Below, in pieces: positions 9,324 to 17,361 of a stretch of DNA of 64,000 nt (the first letter of the stretch is position 1; every line of letters begins with the position of its first letter). Location of the stretch: contig JBBDYJ010000038.1 in NCBI GenBank assembly GCA_040901675.1, positions 64,001-128,000 on the forward strand, given 5' to 3'. A program made the position numbers and the translations under genes. The DNA comes from Pirellulales bacterium. GTDB taxonomy: Bacteria; Planctomycetota; Planctomycetia; Pirellulales; JAICIG01. The notes below the pieces were generated by a model that searched no databases, was not told the DNA's origin, and saw only the letters and a program-made list of their open reading frames with translations.

Positions 9324-10514
9324 ATGACTCGGGCGCAAACAACCGCGAATTCATCGCGTCGAGCGGCGCGATGGGCCGGCGGATTGTTGCGGGTGATCGC
9401 GGTCGCGGCCTTGGTTTGGACCGCGTTGTATTGGCACGCCCTTGATCCCACGTACTTGGCGCAAAATGTCCCAGGGCGCCGCGCGCCGCCGAGGCAGACA
9501 TTCGATCTCGAACGGCTGCTCTTGCCTCGGGAGCGGGTTCTGTCGGGAGGCGTGCCCAAAGACGGCATCCCCGCGCTCACCAACCCGCCGCTCGTGCCCG
9601 CCGCCCAGGCCGAGTACCTCCAACCTGGCGACCGGGTGATCGGAGTGGTCATCCAGGGCGAGGCGCGGGCCTACCCGGTCATGGTTCTCACGCGGCACGA
9701 AGTGGTCAATGAGCGGGTGGGCGGCATGCCCGTCGCGGTCACCTATTGCCCGCTGTGCGATTCAGTGGCCCTCTTCGACCGGCGCACCGAGCTCGGCGAG
9801 CGCGAGTTCGGCGTCTCCGGCCTGCTCTACAACAGCAACGTGTTGATCTACGACCGCGGCGGCAAGTCGGAGGGCCTCTGGTCTCAGTTGCTGGCCGGCG
9901 GTGTCTCGGGTCCCGGCTCCGGCACGCCGCTCAAACCGCTTCCCGTGGAGTTGACCACGTGGGCGGATTGGACCGAGCGCTATCCGGAAACCAAGACGCT
10001 TGCGGCCAGCGACGCCGAAGGACGCGCCTTTCGCAACAATCCGTATCGCCGCTACCTTGCCAGTCCGGACCTGATGTTTCCCGTGCAGCCGATCGACAAG
10101 CGTTTGCCCCTGAAGGAGAGGGTGCTGGGCGTTTGGACCGGGAAGGCGGCCCGGGCCTACCCGGTGTCGGCACTGGCCAAACTGCGGGAGCCGTTGTCCC
10201 AGGAGATCGACGGGCGCAAGTTCACGCTGGTCTACAACCCGAAGGCGCAAAGCGTGCGCATGAGCGATGCCGACGAGGGCCTGCATTGGATGTACTCGTT
10301 CTGGTTTGGCTGGTTCGCGTTCCACCCCGACACGGAACTGTTCACGGCGCGGGACGCGGCGGGCACACCGCGCCGGCCAAAAACTTCCAGCCGGGCGACT
10401 CCGGAGGCACGAAATCCCGTCAAGCAGCGCCGCGCCGGCTTCGCGCCAGCCGACGGGGACCGGCCTCCGGCTTCGACGGTTTCGTCAATTCGCTGGGCGA
10501 AGCACTTTCTGTGA
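9324..10514 (+). CDS. DUF3179 domain protein, membrane-anchored, CxxC form
   Basis: AGGAG RBS; N-terminal TM; GGVPKDGIPAL, HEVVN, TYCPLC, FGVSGLLYNSN, FWFGWFAFHPDT. Confidence 0.85.
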   Translation: MTRAQTTANSSRRAARWAGGLLRVIAVAALVWTALYWHALDPTYLAQNVPGRRAPPRQTFDLERLLLPRERVLSGGVPKDGIPALTNPPLVPAAQAEYLQPGDRVIGVVIQGEARAYPVMVLTRHEVVNERVGGMPVAVTYCPLCDSVALFDRRTELGEREFGVSGLLYNSNVLIYDRGGKSEGLWSQLLAGGVSGPGSGTPLKPLPVELTTWADWTERYPETKTLAASDAEGRAFRNNPYRRYLASPDLMFPVQPIDKRLPLKERVLGVWTGKAARAYPVSALAKLREPLSQEIDGRKFTLVYNPKAQSVRMSDADEGLHWMYSFWFGWFAFHPDTELFTARDAAGTPRRPKTSSRATPEARNPVKQRRAGFAPADGDRPPASTVSSIRWAKHFL

Positions 10515-10525
10515 GATAGGGCACA
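10510..10525. promoter_or_regulatory. Crp-type operator upstream of the CxxU selenoprotein gene
   Basis: TGTGA-gatagg-GCACA; overlaps the DUF3179 stop codon. Confidence 0.5.
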
Positions 10526-10660
10526 GTTTGAGCACCGGGTTCGATGTAGCATCATTCGTGTCATCCTTGCCAAAGGGTCAGCGGATGGCATGGATTTGAG
10601 CCCTGCAGCGTTGGCTCGTTTCGGATTGCCGACAGTTTAAAGAAAGGAGACCGCTTCATC

Positions 10661-12292
10661 ATGAGAGTTTTGACAAGCTTCGGCCTGGCGGCGGCCCTGT
10701 GGGCCGGCGCGTCGGCCGCAAGCGCCGGAGAACTGAAGAGCGGCCTGCAGTCCGGCGATTCAGTGGGCGCCTTCGATGTAGTCAAGATCGCCGGCGCGGC
10801 CGACGACGGCGTGCAGGTGGGCAAAAAGCTCTGCTATCGGTGAATGTACGGTGGCAGACCCGTCGTCATGGTTTTCACCCGGAAAACCGACGCGGCCTTG
10901 GCCAGTTTGGTCAAGCAACTCGACAAGTTGGTGGCGAAGCACGAAGAGCAGCAACTGCGGGTGTTCGTCAACCTGATTGGTGAAGACAGGGAGGCCTTGG
11001 AGGCGGAGGCAAAAAAGTTCGGCGCGAAGCACAAGGTCGCCAACGTGCCGATCGTGGTCCCGGTGGAGCACGAAAACGGCCCCGACAACTTCGGCATCAA
11101 TCCGGATGCCGCGGTGACCGTCACGCTCTACAGCGGGCTCAAGGTCAACTCCAGCCATGCCTTCGACAAGTTCAAGAAGGACGACGCCAAAACGGTCCTG
11201 GCGGACGTGCCCGCGCTACTGGAGGAGTCCGCTGCCGCCTCCGACGAGGCCCAGACGGACGAGGCGAACTTTCACGCCTCTGATCACTACGGGCGTCTTG
11301 ACTTCTCGCCCGACGGAGCGCGGTTGGCCGTGGGCGGACCAACCGGGCAGATTCACGTTTGGAATCTGAAGGAGAAGAAATTCGTCCGCGTCCTACGGCG
11401 CAGCGACGAACGGATGCTGGAAGACGTCGCGTGGAATCCGCAGGGCACCAGGCTGGCCGCTGTGGACATTTGGGGCCGTCTGTCGATCCACGACGCCGCC
11501 AGCGGGAAAGAGCTGCATTTCCTCTCGGCACGACGTCGAGAAGAGGCGATCGGCAGCAAGGAGAGGCTCGTCGCGAGTCTCGCTTGGAATCTTGCCGGCG
11601 ATTCAATGGTCCTGACTACAGCGAACGGATTTGCCGTCTGGAACCCGGACGTTCCTGCGGAATCCGAGGCGGCGGTGCCGGACACGGACGACGACCGCTT
11701 CTCCGCCTGGCACGGCACAATCAGCGCCGACGGACGGCGGCTGGCGCAAGTCGACGAGTACGGCAAGTTCCGGGTGTGGAATTTGCACACGGGCGAAATC
11801 GCCCTGCGGTCTGCGGATTTCAAGGGATGCCAGGTCTATGTCGCGTGGAGTCCCGACGATCGGCGGATCGCCCTGAGCAGCAACTCGACACTCCGCATCG
11901 TGGATGCTCGGACGGGAGCTATCGTACGCGACGTCGAAACACCCCAACAGTCCTCGATTGTCGCTTGGAGTCCAGACAGCAAGATCCTGGCGGTGGCCCA
12001 GGGCTGGCTCAACCGATGGAGCAGTTCCGACCGCCCCAATAAGGCGATCTCGCTTGTCAATTCGGAGGACGGAACCATCCGTCACAGGCTCAACTCGGGA
12101 TTGATGAACATCGAGGCCCTGGCATGGAGCACGGACGGCAAGACCCTTGCCTCGACTGGCTCCTCCAAGGTGTGGAGGCTCGACCGGAACGGCGATCCGC
12201 AGGTCGTCGCGAATCCGGAGATGCCGGTCTCCCTGTGGGATGCAGAGAACGGCAGGCTGTTCTATCAAATCACTCCGGCCGAAGAACCGTAA
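10661..12292 (+). CDS. Putative secreted selenoprotein: thioredoxin-like domain with C-Y-R-U (TGA 10841-10843, U61) fused to WD40 propeller, 543 aa
   Basis: AAAGGAG RBS, signal peptide, ELKSGLQSGDSVGAF...GKKLCYR-TGA-MYGGRPVVMVF; ORFs 10661..10843 and 10844..12292 abut in frame; WD40 motifs FSPDG, WNPQG, WSPDD, WSPDS. Confidence 0.78.
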
Positions 12293-12359
12293 GAGGTCCT
12301 TGCGGTCATTGGAGATCACCACACTATGGCCTAACCAGTCTCCCCGTGGAGCACGAAAG

Positions 12360-12680
12360 ATGAACCAGTCACTTCGCGCAATCACCGCGTTGCTGCTTCT
12401 TTCCGCACTTGCGGCTGCTTGGGCCGATGAGGCTAAGCCACAGAAGAGCGACAAACCCGTCGAAGTCACGTCTGTTGACCACGCGCAATCGCTTGCATGT
12501 CCACCGACGTCGGTGTATGTGGTGTACCGGTTTCAACTGCAGGAAGAGGACCAGTTCACCACGATCATGAAGACGCTCGCTCGCAATCCGCGGATTCGGC
12601 ATCTCAGGCTGCGCCTCCCCAATTCCTCGCACGTCAAGGAGGAAGCCCTTGACGTGCAAGTGAAATTCTCGTTCTTGTGA
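12360..12680 (+). CDS. Secreted hypothetical protein; frame stays open past the TGA to TAA at 12854 (read-through or degraded gene)
   Basis: Signal peptide MNQSLRAITALLLLSALAAAWA; 57 further sense codons after TGA 12678-12680. Confidence 0.45.
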   Translation: MNQSLRAITALLLLSALAAAWADEAKPQKSDKPVEVTSVDHAQSLACPPTSVYVVYRFQLQEEDQFTTIMKTLARNPRIRHLRLRLPNSSHVKEEALDVQVKFSFL

Positions 12681-12993
12681 CGTAGCCCCTCCGAAGCCGC
12701 CTGTAGGGCGGCCCTGCCCGAAATGAAAAAGCTTGAATCCGCAACGTTTTCCGATGGCCGGGAATGGCGCACTGCCGATTGGGAAACCGCGCTCAACAAA
12801 TTCGCGAGCGAGCTGATAGCCAAACGGAAGCAGGACGCGAGAAAACTCGAATAACGATTCATACTTGGCATTCGGAACCTTCTTGCCAAGACTGGCGATT
12901 GGATTTGAACTCGTTAAGTAGCGAGTGCCGTTGACCTGCGGCGAATCAACCGTTCGGGCGGCAATAAACTGAGATCTGCTTGAATCGAGCGAC

Positions 12994-13337
12994 TTAGGAA
13001 CGGCCGAAAAATAACTTCCCCATTTTGCGACGGCGAGATAGGTTGAAAGGCGTTGGGGCAGCGAGGATAGCGCACGGAGGATTGGACAATGGGCTTGTAT
13101 TCGGCGGTGGTGGAGAGGCACATGAAGGCCCTCTATGGTTCCCTCTCGGAGAAGGATCGGCGGCGGTATGCGGCCGTTGAGGCGGAGAAATTGGGCCATG
13201 GTGGCGCGCAGTACGTGGCGGAGCTGTTTGAATGCGATCCGGACACGATACGCCACGGGCAACTGGACGTGGACGAGCTCCCGTTGGACGCGGCGGCTGG
13301 CCGGGTCCGAAAAAAGGGGGGGCCGAAAGAAAGCTAG
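12994..13337 (+). mobile_element. Truncated ISAzo13-family element (left end plus 5' transposase fragment)
   Basis: ORF 13089..13337 LSEKDRRRYAAVEAEKLGHGG...RVRKKGG resembles ISAzo13 transposase N-termini; no DDE domain follows. Confidence 0.7.
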
Positions 13338-13547
13338 CATCGCCCAACCTGGATGCGGCAATGCAAGGATGAATCTGTGAGCGGATCGGATTACGCGATT
13401 CTCAGCCGATAGTTGGGGTCACACCATTCCGGTTCGACCCGGTCCCTCCCGATCGCGAAGGTGCACTTGCCTGGTCGCTGCTGTTGGAGCGAGAAGGTCC
13501 CGGGCGGAATGCCACCGGCAGCTAGCTTGTCACCTCCTGGCCGACCC

Positions 13548-13931
13548 TTATGCCCCGGACTTGACTTCCGTGCCGCCGTAACCGGCCTTCTTGAGCGCAT
13601 CCAAGAGGGCCTGCTCGTCATATTGGTCCGACACCACGGTCACAACGGCTTGCTCCTTGGACAGATCGACCTCAGCCTTCCTTACCCACGGTAAGGATTC
13701 GAGTGCCTCGCGCACTCGCGGTGGTCAGCCGAACGGTCATGTCATGCCTGACACGGAAATGGCAACCTGACGCAAGTTAGCATCGAGCACCGCCGGCGCA
13801 TCCTCCCGGTCGCCTCCTGATGCACCGGAAGGGTTGGGCCATTGATTCTGCTGGCATCCGGCGATCGCCACCCACGCACCGATCAACACCAACCCGGTCC
13901 TTGCCTTACGTGCAGGCGTCAACATGGACAT
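13548..13931 (-). CDS. Putative double-selenocysteine heavy-metal-associated (HMA) lipoprotein, 127 aa (U65, U69)
   Basis: GAGGAG RBS; lipobox-like IAGC; VAISVSGMT-TGA-PFG-TGA-PPRVREALESLPWVRKAEVDLSKEQAVVTVVSDQYDEQALLDALKKAGYGG-TAA is a full HMA/CopZ-like fold; TGAs at 13737-13739 and 13725-13727. Confidence 0.82.
13679..13718 (-). other. Two tandem candidate SECIS hairpins
   Basis: On the coding strand: CGAGTGC-GCGAG-GCACTCG (13718-13700), then TCCTTACC-GTG-GGTAAGGA (13697-13679). Confidence 0.55.
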
Positions 13932-14016
13932 ACTCCTCGACAGGGGAACGGAACACGAGCTGCCACGCCGCTGCTTTGCCCGCCAGCGAGTTTACCACGA
14001 GTGGTCATTTAGCTTC

Positions 14017-14032
14017 AGTGAGCTAATTCACA
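14017..14032. promoter_or_regulatory. Crp-type operator upstream of the HMA selenoprotein gene
   Basis: Minus strand aaat-TGTGA-attagc-TCACT, intergenic, about 85 bp before the start. Confidence 0.65.
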
Positions 14033-14076
14033 ATTTCGCTCAAACCGCAGGGACTGCAAACGATGCCCGGCGATCA

Positions 14077-15849
14077 TCAACCGCCGGCGCCGGCCGGACG
14101 GGCGGCCGGGGGCTCGCCGATGGCACGCAGCAAGCGGGCCTGGGCGCGATTGTAGTCGGACACGGCCCGCGTGTAGGCGTTCTGCGCCTCGGTACGGGCC
14201 CGGATGGCCTGCTGCAGCTCAATCGGCAAGCCTTCGCCCTGACGAATCCGCCCCAGGGTGAGACGCAGCGCCTCGCTGGCGGCCGCCACGTTTTCCAGGG
14301 CGATGTCGAACTGTTCCCGATAACTGCCGACGTCGGACGACGCGGTGACGATCTCGGCAGCCACGAGATCCCGCGCCAGGCTGGTCTCGAACCGCGCCTG
14401 GCGCATCTGGCTGGCACGCTGGCGGCGCAGCACGCCATTGCCAAAACCGAGGTTCCGCAACTCCCAGGCTGCAATCGCATCCAGGTCGCTGCGGCTTCCC
14501 TGGTTGTCGAATTGGCCGGAAGGACCTCCCCCAAAGCTCCCCGCGCTGGCACCCACCGCAAGGTGCGGCAGCCAGGGACGCCACCGTTCCTGGTCCAGGC
14601 GTTCCAATGCGGCCCGCACCAGCGCCTGCTGCTGGGCCAGCTCGGGCCGGCTGGTGAATCCTTGCGCCAACAGCGCCTCCAGCGGCATCTGCTCGTTGAC
14701 CAGCTCGATGGGCACGGCACGCTCCTCGGCCGGCACCAAGACCACCCCGGGCGCCAGCCGCAGGAGCCGCGCCAACTCGGCGCTGCGCGCCCGCACCTGC
14801 CGCAGGCTGTCCGCGGCCGCCTGCCGCCAGAACGCCAGTTCGGCGTTGGCGCGGTCGAACTCCGACCGCGCACCACGCCCCTCGCGGAAAAAACTGCCGG
14901 TGATCTCCGACATCTCCCGCGCCGCGGCCACACCCGATTCGGCGTTGGCCAGCAGGCCGTCCGCCTCGACCACGTCGAAATAGGCCGTGGCCACGGCCAA
15001 CAGCGTATCGTTGACGTCGGTGGTGCGGGCGGCCGCTTGTGCCCGCACCAGTTGCCTGGCGACCAGCGGTTCAAAAGCGGCGTCGGCCAGGGCCAGATCG
15101 ACAAAGAGCCGCGCCGGGCCGCCGGCGGCCCCGTTGAGAGGGCGCGTTCCCAGCCCGGCGCCGCCGCCCACGAACAGCGAGCTCCGCCCCGCTTCAATCA
15201 CCTCGCCTTCGGTCGCCTGCAGTCGGCCGTCGTGCTTGTTGTATCCCACGGCCGCCCGCAGCGAAGGTATCCATAGCAGCCGTGCCTGGTCCAGGTTTGC
15301 TTGGGCTTCGACCACGCGCTCGCGAGCCAGCCGGATTCGCAGGTTGTTCGCCCCCGCCAGGGCCAATGCGTTGGCCAGGTCGATCGGAAAGGTCTCGCCT
15401 TGGAAGGCCACCGCGGGTCTGGGCAGCGGCAGGCTCTCCGGAGTCGCCGTCCTGGCTTCCGCGCCAGGCATCGCTTCCGCGCCAGGCGTCCGCCGAGCCG
15501 AAGGCCGGTCGTCCGTCGGATCGTTGCCCGTCTGGGACTCGGCCACGCTCGGAGCGTCGAGAACGAATTGCACCCGGGCGGCAGAGTGGCTGCCGGCGGC
15601 CGGCCCATCTCCCCGGTCGCCGCCGGCCTGCACCACCGGTAACTCCGAGGCGGGCTCGGCGGCAGAGGCTTGCCTGGCCGGGTCGGCTTCGACCGGCTGC
15701 ATCCATGCTCGATCCAGCGGCAACGACGCTACGGGCCGGTCGGCCGTCACCGTGCGCGAATTCAGCGGCAACCCCGTCTGACATCCCACCACGGCCGCAC
15801 AAGACCCGACCCACCACGCGATTGAGCGGCGCCTCTTGATTGCATCCAT
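14077..15849 (-). CDS. TolC-family outer membrane efflux lipoprotein
   Basis: Lipobox-like VVGC; IDLANALALAGANN, YNRAQARLLRAIG; downstream of adaptor and RND genes. Confidence 0.88.
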   Translation of the reverse strand: MDAIKRRRSIAWWVGSCAAVVGCQTGLPLNSRTVTADRPVASLPLDRAWMQPVEADPARQASAAEPASELPVVQAGGDRGDGPAAGSHSAARVQFVLDAPSVAESQTGNDPTDDRPSARRTPGAEAMPGAEARTATPESLPLPRPAVAFQGETFPIDLANALALAGANNLRIRLARERVVEAQANLDQARLLWIPSLRAAVGYNKHDGRLQATEGEVIEAGRSSLFVGGGAGLGTRPLNGAAGGPARLFVDLALADAAFEPLVARQLVRAQAAARTTDVNDTLLAVATAYFDVVEADGLLANAESGVAAAREMSEITGSFFREGRGARSEFDRANAELAFWRQAAADSLRQVRARSAELARLLRLAPGVVLVPAEERAVPIELVNEQMPLEALLAQGFTSRPELAQQQALVRAALERLDQERWRPWLPHLAVGASAGSFGGGPSGQFDNQGSRSDLDAIAAWELRNLGFGNGVLRRQRASQMRQARFETSLARDLVAAEIVTASSDVGSYREQFDIALENVAAASEALRLTLGRIRQGEGLPIELQQAIRARTEAQNAYTRAVSDYNRAQARLLRAIGEPPAARPAGAGG

Positions 15850-15966
15850 GCGAATCGTTCCTGTCGTTGGTCGCTCAATCCGATCCAGCCGGCATCTTCC
15901 CTCTATCCGTTGTAATCGGAGGCGATAGTCAGCTTTGTTGAGGAACTTTCTTTAAAGCGCCTCTTC

Positions 15967-17301
15967 CTACTCGTCTTGTCCGCCGTTGGCCGAAGGTGAA
16001 AGGCGAACCTCGACCTTCTGCCCGTCGGTCAATCGTTCGCCGGCGCGGGCCACCACGGTTTCTCCAGGCTCGGCGCCGCTCGCCAGCCAGACCACGGTGT
16101 CCTTGCGCAGCACCGAAACAGGGCACCTGCGGACCCGGCCCTGCTCGACGATCATCACGCAATCGCCGCGGTCGTCTGAAACCAGGGCCGCCGCCGGAAC
16201 CGTCGGCGTGTCTCGCCGGGTGTCCAACGTCAACTCCACGTTTCCCAGCACGCCTGGCTCCAGTTTCCGCCTGCCGTAGGACCCGTCGACCGGATTGTCC
16301 AAATCGACTTCGGCCCGCATCTTTCGCGACCCTTCGTTGAAAGCCACCGCATACCGCGATATTCTCCCCTCGATCGGGTTGCCACTGGGCCCGCGAAACA
16401 CAACCGGATCACCCACGTTGAGCTTGCCTGCCGCGTCCATCGTGAGCCAGACCACCAGCCGCAGCTTGTTGTTACGGACCAGCGAGAAGAGCGGCTTGGC
16501 GCTGCCGGCGCTGGCCGGCCGCACAAACGTGCCCCGGTCGATCATGCGGCCGGTGACGACGCCGGCAAATGGCGCCCTGATGACGGTGAACGATTGCATG
16601 GCCTCGGCCTTCTCCCGTGCTGCTTCGGCCGTGCCGATGCGGGCCTCGGTGCTGAGGACATGGGCCTGGGCGGTGTCGACCTGGGCAGCCGCCCGCCGCA
16701 GCGAGGCCACGGATGACTCGAGGGCATAGCGGGCCTCGTCGCGCAATTGCCCCTTCAGGCTGCCGTCCTCGACCAGCGCGGTAATACGCTGGTATTCCGC
16801 CTGGCGCAGCCGCCTTTGCGCTTCGAACTCCTCGACGGTCGCCTTGGCTTCCTCGAATTCGGCTTTCTTACTCGCCAGGTCGGCCTGGGCCTGCTTGACC
16901 AAGGCCCGGCTCTCAGCAACCGCAGCGAGCAACTCGGGCGCGGCGACCGTGGCCAGCACATCCGACTCAGCGACCTCGTCGCCGATGTCCACGTTCACCT
17001 TGTCGATGTACCCCTCGACACGGCCCATCAATTGCACGGTCTCGTAACCGTCGACGTTGCCCGTCAGGTTCACGACCTCTCGCAAATCCGCCGACCGCAC
17101 CGTGGCCACCTCGACCAAGGCGGCCTGATCGGCGGCGGCGCCGGTTGCCGCTTCCGAGGCGGCATAGTCGCAGCCGGCCAGGCCGACCATGGTCAAGGCC
17201 GCCAGCCCGGCGATGGTCAAGGCCGCCAGCCCGATCAGCAAGGGCAAGAAGGCCCTCGCCGAAACGGCCGCGGCGCCGGGTGTGATGAGGTTCTTTTGCA
17301 T
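15967..17301 (-). CDS. RND efflux periplasmic adaptor (membrane fusion protein)
   Basis: VEGYIDKVNVDIGDEV, coiled coil, IRAPFAGVVTGR. Confidence 0.9.
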   Translation of the reverse strand: MQKNLITPGAAAVSARAFLPLLIGLAALTIAGLAALTMVGLAGCDYAASEAATGAAADQAALVEVATVRSADLREVVNLTGNVDGYETVQLMGRVEGYIDKVNVDIGDEVAESDVLATVAAPELLAAVAESRALVKQAQADLASKKAEFEEAKATVEEFEAQRRLRQAEYQRITALVEDGSLKGQLRDEARYALESSVASLRRAAAQVDTAQAHVLSTEARIGTAEAAREKAEAMQSFTVIRAPFAGVVTGRMIDRGTFVRPASAGSAKPLFSLVRNNKLRLVVWLTMDAAGKLNVGDPVVFRGPSGNPIEGRISRYAVAFNEGSRKMRAEVDLDNPVDGSYGRRKLEPGVLGNVELTLDTRRDTPTVPAAALVSDDRGDCVMIVEQGRVRRCPVSVLRKDTVVWLASGAEPGETVVARAGERLTDGQKVEVRLSPSANGGQDE

Positions 17302-17361
17302 CGGTCGGCTCCATCATTTGTTGGCAAAGTTGCAAAGTTGTGCACGCCCGGCAATGTCGCC

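Noticed and set aside
12369..13361. 330-aa minus-strand ORF across the IS remnant
   Set aside because: Antisense to the transposase fragment and the secreted ORF; no domain signal.
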